Below, in pieces: positions 25,503-38,217 of a DNA stretch of 64,000 nt. Every line of letters starts with the position of its first letter. Within the stretch, counting starts at the first letter, position 1. Made by a program: the position numbers and the translations under genes. The DNA comes from Botryllus schlosseri (Eukaryota). The notes under the pieces were generated by a model that did no database searches, was not told the origin of the DNA, and worked only from the letters and a program-made list of their open reading frames with translations. The stretch is taken from NCBI GenBank assembly GCA_051294905.1, contig CM119372.1, positions 18,106,001 to 18,170,000 of the forward strand, read 5' to 3'.

Positions 25503-27082
25503 CACCAGACACCCCATCCGTCTACATCAGTGGTTCCCGAAGTGGCCGCCAGCCAGTTGTCGTCCTCAAAGGGGGCGAGAGCTAAAAATTGGGCTATTGG
25601 AGGGGGGGGGCATTGAGAGTAAACGTGGGAGGTATGGACCATGGAAAACTGTTTGGAAAAATCCGTAAATTAATAGCTCTCTCTGTGCACCAAAGTCATA
25701 TTTACGAATATTTGATCTCGTTGTTAGAGGTCGTACATTCAAACGCATGTGTACGTACAACAAGGTCGATGAAATTTTAGGCGTATATCGCTCCAAACCG
25801 AAGTACGATGATTTGGACGGGAAATTCCCTTGTGTGATTGTTCTCACTGACTTCATCTGTCCAAGAATTCGTAAAACATGGGACTCCGACATATGGCGTA
25901 CATAACGTATGTCTGGCTGCCAATAAATTAGATCAACGCAAAAAGTATACACAATCTAGTTACTGTGCATTGCAATGAATCAAACAACTTATCTTTTGAC
26001 GCACAAAACGCGAAAATTTTCACAGTCAATGAATGAGATGCGCAATTAGTAATGGTACTTGCATATATCACTACAGTTATTTAACCATGGTGTTCTACAA
26101 TGGCGTGGACACAAGCAAATCTCACGGCTCACTTTCCATATTGAAAGTGTTCTGGTATCAATCAATCAGTTTTATTAATATTTTCATCGTTTCAAAGCAC
26201 CACAAAAAAGGCGATACAATGAAAAGATAGGAAGGTGTCGAAACAACTTGTAGTAGTCTTTTAGCGTACCAGACACCCACCTTGGCCTAGGCGAAGTAAA
26301 GAAGAGGCATGCACACTTGCACAGTTGCACACTGAATGGAAAGTAGGCTACTGCAAGCGACAAAATGAGGTGGCATGTGGCGGAAGGCGAGGTTAGGTCG
26401 TTGTCCAATAATCCTGAAGGCTGGCTAGTATTCATTTAGAAGAAAATGCTTGTATTTCGACTTGAATGCGGACAGGCTCGACGACTGTCGAATAGACGGA
26501 GTTCCACAATTGGGACCGGCATACTTGATATAGAGCCAGGGCCGTAACAGGACTTCGTCAGCCCCCCCCCAAAAAAACGTTGGCCTTGGCCCCCCCGATA
26601 GGGTGATGAACCGGTGTATTTGGCATTTTTAGCGTTGAAAATATGGTTGGCCAGCGATGTCAACGGTTAGGTTATCACAGGATTTCACGACCAATAATTG
26701 GGATTTCGCAGCGTTAACCCGAAGGCTATTATGGGAAGACCACTCATACACTTTGGGCATTTGATCGCAGGTGACGGCAATCAAGCTTGGTATCTCGTGT
26801 ACGTTCGAGTTAATGTTTTGATACTCGGGGGTATATTTGGTTTCATTCTGACTCCTCTCAGGGTAGTTCGATACGTCGCTCGCTGTATGAACACTGAACA
26901 GGTGCGCTAAAATATACTATGCTGTGTGTGTTGGACTGGTTTTTGACAGGAAGGAAAGGAATCTCAAGCCGCAGGTAGAACGGCGTAGAATTCTGAATTT
27001 CACCAAGTAGAACTTGAAACGTCATGACATATATATCATAGACGAAACCAAACATTAACGCTTTCTCAAAAATCTCAATCTC

Positions 27083-29453
27083 CAGTGGCGGCTCGTGACA
27101 ATATCGGGTGGTGGGGCAAGGGCTGCGAGCGACTTTTATCAACATGACGTCACAATGGCGTTTTCCAACGTAAAAAAGTAACTTTATGATGGTCACATGA
27201 ATTTCCCGACAACAGTGATTTTAACGTAGGTGCCGCGAGAGGTTTGCCGGTGAGCCGTGACTTGAAGTGTGGTAACAAATGTTTTATTCATTTATTTTTA
27301 ATCAAAGGATTATTTTACAAAATGTACGTGAACTAAGAATCGTCCCTATGCCACGAATCAAGTATCAGGTCATCCTTAGTAGCATGCGTTTTGATTTCAT
27401 GGTAGAGTTATAGATTACGCAAATCGATAGACCCTAAAATCCGACCGTCACCCCAAATTCGAAATCCGGATCCAGTCCGGCCAGGTAAAAAAACATTGAA
27501 ATCCTGCTCCGGCTCCTGAACCGGACTGTGGCCATCTCTGGTTACGACCAGGTGATAATAGGCAACCAAAGCGGAGGCACCCGGCGTACGATTGGATCAA
27601 TAGACTGGACAACTTCTAGACCTCTCATTTTTGCTCTAAAGGCAACTGCGTAAACTACGTACGGAATAAAGATTCAATACGATTCATGTTCGCACTTGAC
27701 TTGACCTGACTAATTCCAATGACTAGAACTCGAGAGATTGCGTAAGCCTAACTGGAAAGGTCAACGAGTTCGGACACATACGCAATTGTTATCTCATAGA
27801 TTGGGCCTGTCATATTGAATCCAGAACATCAATTTGAATGGTCTTTGAAGAACTAAGAACAGCAGCCTCGGAACTTCGGTCTCGGAACAACGTAGGACAT
27901 TTTGGCCTTGAAACTGGAGACTGTGACACAACACATGCGGCTTACTGTCTATAAGTCTGCTGCGAAATCGCCGTTGGAAAATATATTAATCAATAAATAC
28001 ATGAATAAAAGCCGTAACTTAGTATACTGTTACAAGAAATCATCGAGAAGTAGCATACGCAATCTCATAACCCATTCCGGTATGGTACACTGTCAAAATC
28101 AATGCAAACAGACGAACACCTAACTTTGAGTAAAATAGATCGAGGAATAGGCTGATCGAATGATCAGCTGTTAGCCGACATCGAAAATGAAATAGCTATC
28201 GCAATTGACAGGGGATTGTAAGCAAATGGTTTGAAGGCCACAATTTCACAGTGAAATGGACATTGGCGAACATAAAATTATGTGAATATTTGAATGCAAA
28301 CCGAGAATCTTGGTTAGCTGTTTCATGCGATCATCGAGATATACCATTGGAAATATCATCACCGATCTCGTTATGGAACGCAGACTATATAGATTAGCAC
28401 AGACCGACACCGGCTTTTGCGTGAGATCCGCAATGACGTAGGTAGGCTAAGTATCAGATCAGCGCGCATCTCTACCATACTCGACCTCGAAAACGAAATA
28501 ACTGCCTCAATCATTGAGTGTCAACTTTAAGACTTGGCACCGTGTTCGATACTAAAATCAAGACATACCGTGTGAAAGCTCATGACAGATCTAGGTATGG
28601 AACATCGTTAAAATCAATAGAGACCAATAACGGCTTTTGCGTAAATTTGTTGGCGATAAATGAAGAGTCAGCTCTTACTCGACTTTGGAAACGAAATTAC
28701 CACCCACATAGTTCAGTGACAAATTTAAAACTTGTTACAGCGGTCGATACTAACACTTACCGTGCCAAATGTCATGACCGATCCCGGTATAGAACATCTT
28801 CAAAATCAATGGAGACCAATACCGGCTTTTGAGTAAAATCTGTTTGCTGTACTATGTACATGATAGATCAGCACACACTGAACTTCGGAAACGGAATTAC
28901 TACCATTATCTTTAAGTAGCAAGCCTGAAACTTGGAGCAATGTTAAATACTACCTTCACAACATATCATAGCAAGTTTCAAGAATTATCATGGTGCGAAA
29001 CACCGTCAAAATCGACCTATTCCAGCAAAGGTCGACTCAACGCATATTACGGTAACCGAGTTCAGATATAGATACGATTGTTACATCACACCTTAAGGGC
29101 GAGTAGGCATATTTGCCCCGGTTGCTCGGCCATTTTACGAATAGGAGAGAGTAAATCATCATTTCTTTATTGTGCGCGGCTTTGAGAGAATAGATAGTGA
29201 AAGCTTGTTATGAGCGCTACCGGGGCAAGCCCCGGCTAGGCATTCACAAAGCGAAAACACAGAAGAGAATTCGATTTTCGCAGAGACTTCGCTATGTATG
29301 GGCGTTTGCAAGCGAAAGCACAAGAAGAACGCGGGTTTCGCTGTGATCTCGGTATATATTGATTGCTGTGCGTCTATAAATGGTTAAATTGTTATTGAAC
29401 AGAATTTTAGGTGGGGCAATGCCCCAGTTGCCCTATAGGACGAGCCGCCACTG
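27083..29453. mobile_element. hAT-type non-autonomous element with composite interior
   Basis: TIRs cagtggcggctcgt / acgagccgccactg. Perfect 8-bp TSD tcaatctc. Confidence 0.88.
28050..29030. repeat. Degenerate tandem array of about 5 units of roughly 200 bp
   Basis: Recurrent blocks aaacttgg..gatacta..tcatgac.gatc..ggtatggaac..caaaatcaat..gacc..accggcttttg.gtaaa at about 28060, 28340, 28530, 28730 and 28930. Confidence 0.7.
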
Positions 29454-29581
29454 TCAATCTCACACAAAATCTCAAAAATTAGTTCAAATAAGCTTATGTC
29501 ATTTTCGGACTCAGCAGTCTCAACATACCCAGAAACCATTATAATATCTTTGCCATTCAAAATTTTGTTGTTGTTAGCCAG

Positions 29582-30830
29582 CAGAGGTGGTCAAAGTAGT
29601 CAAGAAAGCTACTCAAGTAGAAGTAGAAGTAGCGACGAAAAAATCTACTCAAGTACGAGTAGAAGTACTTCTTCCATAGGCCACGTAAAACTACTTGAAG
29701 TAGAAGTAGAATTTGCTGACTTTAAATCTACTCAAGTAAGTAAGTAGTTTTGAAAACAGTCTCAATTCGTTCGCATGGACTGTCAAAAGCTGCAAATTGA
29801 GATATGCGGAAGGTGCAGACGAGAGCTTATTGACTCGTATTGATGCATCTCATGAGATATCAATTTTCGACAGAATAAGCATTCTTTCTCATCATGGGAC
29901 GCAAATTAGTATTGATATGAAAATGCGATACAAATTCTTTGTTTACTAGAAGACCCCGTTTTAGAGAATATCATGGAATGGCGCCCTACCCCATATTATA
30001 AGGCACCAAGTTTAGGCGAAGAGCAATACTGAGAAGTCGTATATCGGATACGGTTTCAACACTTTGCGTGATTAGTATACGTTACAATAACAAATATTGC
30101 GGATCGTAAAATTTATATTTAGTGTAGCTTTATTTTCGCAAAATAGAGGCATTACTATACTTGCTTTAAGAATGTAAATAAGTAATTAGAACTCAAAGTA
30201 TGATACTCGGAATTGAAAGTGAAATACAAATAGGCCTACCACTTATAAAAAGCGGAAAATATATTTATTTTGTCCATAAAGTTTCGAAGGTGATCTGCTA
30301 AAACAGGTGTAACGTTGAAAAAGTCGGATTTTCGAGATTAGCATGACACGTCATGGGCTGCTAGACTACGATATGATATGTAACTGCTAGATTGCGAAAC
30401 GGTAGTTTCAAACGTTATGGTGGGGCATATTTACTGTGATGAAATATTTGATACGGGGCACAATCCGATGTGAGCGCAACCAAGCAATCCGGTACCTAAA
30501 GTATATTCACTGATATACTTTCGTGAAAACATATTTGGCACTCCATAACTACTGTGCGCGAAGCGCAACAAAATTTTAGTGCTTTATGAATATTAAATGT
30601 TGGTACTCTGTGAAAACAGCCCCGATATTCCTCAGGCTATCTTTCGTATTGGGGGATTAAGCTACTTCAACTTGACAAACTGAAAGTAGCGAAAAGTAAG
30701 TAAGTAGATCACAAAATATTACGAAGTAGAAGTAGGGAAAATCAGATCTACTTGAGTAAGTACCAGAAGTAGAGGAAAACTACTTGAGTACTTCCAAAAA
30801 GTAGAAGTACTTCGTTACTGACCACCTCTG
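29582..30830. mobile_element. CAGAGGTGGTCA-family hAT-type non-autonomous element
   Basis: Same TIRs as 23706. TSD ttagccag/ttggccag. Confidence 0.9.
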
Positions 30831-30964
30831 TTGGCCAGTGTAATCATCATCAGTGCATCAAAGTCACTCAAGTCATAGTTGAGTGACTTTGATCATCATG
30901 TGATACATGGGAAATCCCCTATATTGATAATCATAAGTCACGTGAGCAGAGCACCACCAGAGAT

Positions 30965-31390
30965 CAGAGATGAGCACGGATTAGGATTAGGTTTTGAAAA
31001 AACAGGATTTGTGAAATTTTGTCGGATTTGGATTGGACTTGGATTAGACATTTTTTTCATAACGGATTAGGATTTGGACTGGATTTACATATTTTCTGGG
31101 AGATTGAAATGTCGTGTGGCGAATGGCGACAAACTTTATTCAGATCAGTTATTAATGTACTTATGGTTACTAGGTTATCTTGAATCAAGTGAATCGTTGG
31201 TTGTGAAAGAAAAATATCGAATCATTCCATTGCATATATTTTTTTTCTTCTGAATTTCCAGTTGGAATCGGATTAGGATTGGACATGGACTTGAATATGA
31301 AAAAGTTATGGATTAGGTTTTGGATATGGATTTGAAGGTTCGGATTTGGATTGGATTAGGACATAGAAATTTCAAATCCGCTCATCTCTG
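30965..31390. mobile_element. CAGAGATGAGC MITE inserted inside the left TIR of the 30958 element
   Basis: TIRs cagagatgagc / gctcatctctg. Perfect 8-bp TSD ccagagat. ggatt repeats. Confidence 0.9.
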
Positions 31391-33379
31391 CCAGAGATGG
31401 CCACAGTCCGGTTCAGGAGCCGGAGCCGGAGCAGGATTTTGATGAATTTTACAGTGGCTGGATCGGAGCCGGATTCTGAAAATGCCATATGAGCCGGATT
31501 TAAACAGGATCTGATATTCATAGCAAATATTGGGTAATAAAGGTTCAAGATATCTTATATTCAATGAAATAATCCGCTTCGATATTATTTTCATAGTTAA
31601 ATGCATTCATTGCTATGGATCAAGCCCAGGCTGGTTCCGACAATAAATGACAACGTTGAGACCGCTGATACCGGTCACGTCGTTGAAATGCGTAAGCAAC
31701 ATAAGTAAAGTTTCTGCAGTGAAGTGATGAGATTACTGCTGGATGTGATGAGGACGAAGGCAGGTTCCAGCAAGCGTGCTGCAGAAGTGTTTATTTTGGA
31801 ATTCAGTTGTTCCTGAGATATTGATTCTTATGCTTACTGTTCATCAGCCATTAGGGTGCTTGATATCAGTTGTCAGGATGACAGAAAAGCGGGGTGTTGG
31901 TGCTGTTGCAGCAGTAACTGGTGGTTCTGATTTCTGATGTCATTTGGAATGATTGTGTGGTGTGGTAATATATGAATATATGCTGTCATGGTCAATTTGT
32001 CATTTTTATGATTTCGGAAACACTAGAACTGAAGCACCACCGGTACTCTCTGATTGATTGTGCACATCATCATGCTGATTATATAATATTATATATTTCC
32101 TATTCATTGCTGCTCTATCAAGTGATCATTTTGATTGATTCATCCATTTTGTTTGATACATGTCTGTTCTGTGACTATGCCACTTCTTGTGAAAATTTAG
32201 TTCCATTCTTCAGTGTACTATTGGCCTGGTTGTCTTAGCCACGTCACAATGCACAATATCTGATTTTGTTGTTGGCATCATGGCATGCCTGGGTTACTAT
32301 GTTTACCCTCTCCGTAAAGCAACTAATATTGCTTTCTCTGTTCTCACAGTCTTTTTAGCTCATTTCTCCTGCCTAGTTCCTACTACCCGTATTTATATTC
32401 AAGATATATACTGTACCTAACATTATTGATTCGAAATGTGATATAAATTAGGCAGTGGCTATTCGTCCGGAACCGGATGAATAGCCCGCAGCCATAGTCC
32501 AGGCTATTCGTCCGGAACTGTGTGACGTAACTAAGCACCGACAGCATCTGATGTGTGACGTAATTATGCGCCGCCAGGGCGCCAGCATATACTGACGTTA
32601 TTGAGTTGACGGACTTCGGCTAGGCTTCGTTTTTGCGTGTTTAGTTTATCTATTATCTCTGTATATTACCGGAACATAATACTGTCGCAGGTTAGTGGTT
32701 ACCTATCTCTACTAATATCCAAACAAGGGAACTCTAGCGTAATGCTGACTTCCACCACGTACAACGCTAGCGGCTTGGGTTCAATTACCAGAGGATTATC
32801 TGGGCTACTTTCGCCCAGTGTTACTCGGTCCTAAGTCGTCGATAAGCGCAGAGAGAGACTAGTTGAAGGACCGGAACTAGAGATTGTACAATTCTGCAAT
32901 CTCTATACCGGAACAAAGAATCGAATGAAAACGAGAAAGAAGGGCTGTCTGAAAATGCGACAAGATCAAGATCGAACCTACACGATGCCGAGGTGGAACC
33001 GGCATCCTAATGTCTGTTCTGTTCATTACATCGCATTATGTCCTGTATATCGCATTTTACGTGTGTATATTTGAAAATGTATGACCCGACGATAATCACT
33101 ACGAAATTGAATTACAAGCGCCGTGATCAAATATAACGTGCATTCTATACTTCATAAAATAGACAGATTGGATTGGCGATTGGAGGATCCACGTAGGTAG
33201 ACTACGAGTAGTAAGAAGACTCTGGCAGTTATCGCAGTTGCTCCCTATCACAACACCATCAAATTACTCCTGCATGAACTGAACGCTGATTATGTCGCAT
33301 TCGTTTCTATGACGATCTCCCGATCCTTTCGCTGCAGCGCGACTATAGGCTTTTGTCCTTGCTTGCTGTAGTTTTTGTA

Positions 33380-33628
33380 TATGGCGGATTGGTGTACCGC
33401 ACATACCCTCTCGACGACGGATCATCCAATTAACAATCATTGCTGATCATGTGCGCGACGGTGTCTGCGTTCCGACTATTTAAAGAAGACCTTTGTTAGA
33501 TGCACGACGGCCTTTCTACCTGCGGCCTTTCTACCTGACGACTGCCGGCTTTTTATCTTACGATCGACCGACGCTGCACGACCAACGCTGTTTATTTTAT
33601 CGAATCAATGTTTTATCCTTAGTCTGCT
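33380..33628 (+). repeat. 5' LTR (3'-truncated)
   Basis: Matches the reconstructed 3' LTR up to ...ccttagtctg with 1-2 differences, then jumps into protease-coding sequence. Confidence 0.92.
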
Positions 33629-33629
33629 C

Positions 33630-36600
33630 GTCTTTTTTTCACTGATGCCCAGCACATGGCAAGATCGTCGTAACAAAGACCGTGGACCAAACCTGTATGC
33701 AACGAACGGCACCGCTATTCCGACTCCGTGGTATGAAATCTCGCAAGATCCTACTCTCAAACGGGCACACGTATGATTTTGTATTCTACGTAGCTGATAC
33801 AAAAATTGCGATATTAGGAGCTGATTTTCTGGAGGAATTCTCTTTTGTAGTCGATATTAGAAATAACGTAATGTTGACCCAAATTAGAACACTCTCGTGA
33901 GAGGTCGGAAGAAACGTGCGTCTGTTTTCGGCCTTAACTTAGTCTCACCCCACCATAAGCAACCATATGCCGATATCTTGAAGGAATTCAAAGATTTGAC
34001 CACACCGAAGATTGCGTCCCTACGTGGTAAGCATGGCACTGTACATCGGATATTGACTACTGGCGTTCCTGTGCGTTAGCGTTGTCGCCCATTACAGCCG
34101 TATTTGAGACGCAAGGTAAGGGATCGATTGGAGGAGCTTTTAGCGTCCGGAGACATTGTCCGTTCAAAATCACCGTATTCGTCACCTATTACCGTTGTTT
34201 CTAAAGGTGAAGACGACATTAGGATTTGCGTCGATTACCGTAAGTTAAACAATCAAAGATCGCTGGCCAGTCCCCTTTTTACGAGACTTCACTAACGAAT
34301 TGCACGGTTGCAGCATATTCAGCAAGATTGATTTACAGAAGGCGTACCGTCAGATTCCTCTCCATCCCCAGGACCAAGAAAAGGCCGCGTTTATTTGCCC
34401 GGAAGGACTGTTTCAACCAACTACCATGCCGTTCGGATTGACGAATGCATGCAGCACTTTTAGCCGTTTTATCTCCGAGGTTACATCCGGAATCGAACAT
34501 ATCTTCGTGTTTTTAGATGACATTTTAATCGCCACCCGCACTGAACAGGAACATTTGACGACGCTCAGAACACTGTTTTCGAAGCTACGTGAGTTCGGTC
34601 TGGTTATTAACGTTGACAAATGCGAATTTGGTAAAGAGGAGATTGAATTCCTTGGACATTTAGTTGGCTTCGAGGGAATCCGTCCCCTGCCTGCAAAGGT
34701 CGATGTTATTGCAAATTATCCTCGCCCAGATAATGTAAAGCAACTGCGATCCTTTCTCGGCCTTGTGTGTTACTATCATCGATTTGTGAAAGACTGCGCA
34801 ACTATATTGAAGCCGCTCTACGATATCGCAAATCAATCATCCAACAAACGCAGACGTATTGTATGGTCGGACTCTGCATTATCAGCATTTGACCGCATCA
34901 AATCTGATCTCTCCGGTAATGCCTTGCTTGTCCATCCTATTCATGACTCGGACCTCTCTCTAGTCGTGGATGCAAGTGAAGTAGGCATGGGTGCAGTTCT
35001 GCAACAGCAACACAAAGGTATATGGTCACCTCTTGGGTTTTATTCAAAGACCCTTAATCGTACCCAACGAACGTATTCAGCATTCGATCGCGAGCTCTTG
35101 GGAGCGTATTCTGCTATTAAACATTTTCACGTACAATTGAAGGGCAGAAAATTTCAACTAGTCACCGATAATGATGGTCTTGTTAAAGCATTGCAGAACC
35201 CTACTGAAAGACTCGTCGCGCGTCAATCAAGACAATTAAGGTTCATCACGGAGTTTACGAGCGACGTCCGCCACATCAAGGGGTCGTTGAACACTGCAGC
35301 CGACACTCTATCAAGATTAGAAGTCAATGTGGTTTTCCCAGATACCGTACCGATTTCTGCACAGATGCTGTTTGACGCCCAGAAGAACGACGATGAATTG
35401 CGAGATCTACTGTCGAACTCCAACGAACATTCTTTGGATCTTGTGGAGGTAACAGTTGAAGGGTTGCTTGGCCCCATTATTTTCGACAGGTCAATGCCTG
35501 GCAAACATCGCCCGTTCGTGCCGCATTCTTTGCGCGACGCAGTGCTCAATGGACTTCATAATATTTCTCATCCTAGCATTCGAGCAACTACGAAACTGAT
35601 AACGGACCGGTACGTATGGCCTCATATGAAGCGGCACATAACTGAGTTTGTTCGACAGTGTCTTCCGTGTCAGCGCTCGAAGATAACCCGGCATACTCGA
35701 ACGCCAATAACCAACCTTCCAGTGCTCTCTGAACGTTTTCATACCGTAAATGTTGATATCCTTTCCTTACCTAACAGTTGCGGTTTTTCATATTTATTGA
35801 TGTGCATTGATAGATTTTCTCGTTGGCCGGAGTGTATCCCTATGTGTGATATGCGCACCCAAACTGTCATTGACGCTTTTAACCTTGGCTATATATCTAG
35901 ATTCGGCGCACCCAGGAAACTTATAACTGATCGAGGTAGCCAATTTACGTCTAGCGAATGGTCCCAACTTATGCAATTGCTCGGAATTCATCATATTACG
36001 ACTCTAGCCCGTAAACCTGAGCAAAATTCAATGGTCGAAAGATTTAATCGCACGTTAAAAGACGCGTTGCGTACAAAGGAGAGCCCGTCCGATTGGTATC
36101 ATAATTTAGGCTTAGTACTCTTGGGGTTGCGTTGTGCAATAAAAGAGGATTTAGGGTACTCGTCTTCCGAATTGACTTATGGTACTTCATTACGCTTGCC
36201 TGGTCAATTAGTTGATCCCGTTCCGTGTAGGAATAGCACCGACAATCCAACCTTCGTGAGCAATATGAGACGATTCTTTTCGGCCATTGGTCAAACCTCC
36301 ACTAATTTTCACTGTAACCCAAAGTCACACGTTCCCAATAATTTAACCACTTGCACCCACGTTTTTCTAAGGATTGACGGCTCACGCCGATCACTTGACC
36401 CCGTTTATACTGGTCCGCACAAAGTGTTGAAGCGCACTCCGAAGTGTTTTACTATCGAGACTAGTAAAGGTCCTTATGACGCCTCAACTGATCGTTTGAT
36501 TCCGGGTCGGTTGCCCTTGCAATGTTTTGAAAACTCCCAATCTAATAATGATACCGCTCAGAACGCAACCCTTCCCGAATCTCAAATTACATCGATTACG

Positions 36601-36678
36601 AATAGTGGTCGTGTTGTCAGAACACCCAGTCACTTGCAAAATTTTGTACTCGCACCAGTGTTTGAAATGCAGATTTGA
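33630..36678 (+). pseudogene. pol: Disrupted Gypsy pol (protease C-terminal half, RT, RNase H, integrase); intact 792-aa ORF 34300-36678
   Basis: Protease ILGADFL. RT SPYSSP, RICVDYRKLN, FSKIDL..AY.QI, MPFGL.NA and FLDD. RNase H VDAS..G.GAVL and DRELL. Integrase H..H..C..C, IDRFSRW, TDRGSQF and NSMVERFNRTLK, plus GPY/F-like YTGPH. Frameshifts near 33725, 33898 and 34255, and a stop at 34077-34079. Confidence 0.93.
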
Positions 36679-36850
36679 TTTTTTTTACCGCTCTGTTGTG
36701 TCTCACTGTTTATAACCCTTCGGTATGTACTGAACATGTATTGTTTATTCGATGTGTGAATTACATACCTGATAGCTATGCTATTTCACTCCGTTCTAAT
36801 GATTTTTTTCTCGATCTGAATCGCTCTCGTCCTGTAGCTAAAGCTTTTCC

Positions 36851-36865
36851 GAGCGGGGGGACCCT
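36851..36865 (+). other. Polypurine tract (plus-strand primer)
   Basis: gagcggggggaccct directly before the 3' LTR. Confidence 0.7.
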
Positions 36866-38217
36866 TATGGCGGATTGGTGTACCGCACATACCAGTGTTG
36901 GGATCAAGTCACTACCTTCGAGTCACGAGTCATCTCGAGTCATTGCACATTTTGACTCGAGTCAAGTCAAGTCAATCGATTTTCAAAGGTGACTCGAGTC
37001 AAGTCAAGTCACTCGTTTTTTGGAGGTGACTCGAGTCAAGTCAAGTCAAGTCACGAGTCAAGTCACGATTCGACTCAAATTGAATTTTCGAAGTATATGT
37101 GATGAATCAACTGTGTGACTGTGTGCTAACTGTGTGAAGGATAGATTAATTGACCATTTATCTTGAATCAAATGACGATTATAAAGTTAACTATTCATTC
37201 AAAAAGGTGTTTTATCGCTCACGCACACGTAGAACTGATAATAAAATACGTGAGTAACGTTGAGCTACATGCTACAGTCTGATTTTATCAGCCAATATAA
37301 AGGATCGAATACGAAGCCTCGAGAAGTTGAACAAATTGATATGGTACAATAGGCACTACCGACCTACACCTCTGTGAGAATATAAAGGCATAAACTATAT
37401 TCGTTCGATTTAAATCATACAAGAGTGTTGGTAAAGGTGAGCACTGCGCAATGTAAGCACTAAGCTGCCTAAGAAACAGAAATACGATGCGATTAGATAA
37501 ATCTACTGCTACTACGACAATGTAGGTGTGATGGTTTCGTAAGCGGTCAATTTATTTGTGATGTAACAATGGATGATCAGTGAAACTTATAATGATTGAA
37601 GACTGGTTGCTCTCGCAAGAGACACCGGCGTGTCGTTGACAACCAAAACATACATAATATAGGGTGATTTAATCGACACCGTTTACTTAATGACTTGAAA
37701 TTGACTCGTGAATTTTGCTCCGAGTCACGAGTCAATCCGCATTTCTGAGGCGTCGAGTCAAGTCAAGTCAAGTCATTTTTGCAAAGTGACTCGAGTCAAG
37801 TCAAGTCATACGAAAAAGGTGACCTGAGTCTGACTCGAGTCAAGTCATGACTCGAGTCATCCCAACACTGGCACATACCCTCTCGACGACGGATCATCCA
37901 ATTAACAATCATTGCTGATCATGTGCGCGACGGTGTCTGCGTTCCGACTATTTAAAGAAGACCTTTGTTAGATGCACGACGGCCTTTCTACCTGCGGCCT
38001 TTCTACCTGACGACTGCCGGCTTTTTATCTGACGATCGACCGACGCTGCACGACCAACGCTGTTTATTTTATCGAATCAATGTTTTATCCTTAGTCTGTT
38101 CGAGTTCATGTTGTACAATAAAGTGCTGGCCAACGTATTCGCCGACTCTCTGTTGCGGACCCTAAAGGGAACGCGGCGTTTAGTCCATACTGGTAGCGTG
38201 CCGTAGCTCGCGCCATA
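36866..38217 (+). repeat. 3' LTR (366 bp after removing the MITE and one TSD copy)
   Basis: Runs tatggcg...cgccata. Contains a TATA-like tatttaaa and an aataaa polyadenylation signal near 38117. Confidence 0.92.
36893..37870. mobile_element. CAGTGTTGGGAT hAT-type MITE inserted in the 3' LTR
   Basis: TIRs cagtgttgggat / atcccaacactg. Perfect 8-bp TSD gcacatac. Absent from the 5' LTR. gactcgagtcaagtc arrays. Older relatives near 45190-45345, 61075-61145 and 63580-63780. Confidence 0.95.

Larger units (their letters stand above)
33380..38217 (+). mobile_element. Ty3/Gypsy LTR retrotransposon, gag-deleted
   Basis: Two LTRs starting tatggcggattgg (33380, 36866). The element ends cgccata. 4-bp TSD tgta. 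PPT before the 3' LTR. PR-RT-RH-IN domain order. Confidence 0.95.

Noticed and set aside
29496..29747. Ser-rich 83-aa ORF
   Set aside because: Translation of the aagtag subterminal repeats of a MITE.
36893..37080. gactcgagtcaagtc repeat cluster superficially like a CRISPR array
   Set aside because: No constant repeat/unique spacer periodicity, eukaryotic context, and it is the subterminal region of a TSD-bounded MITE.
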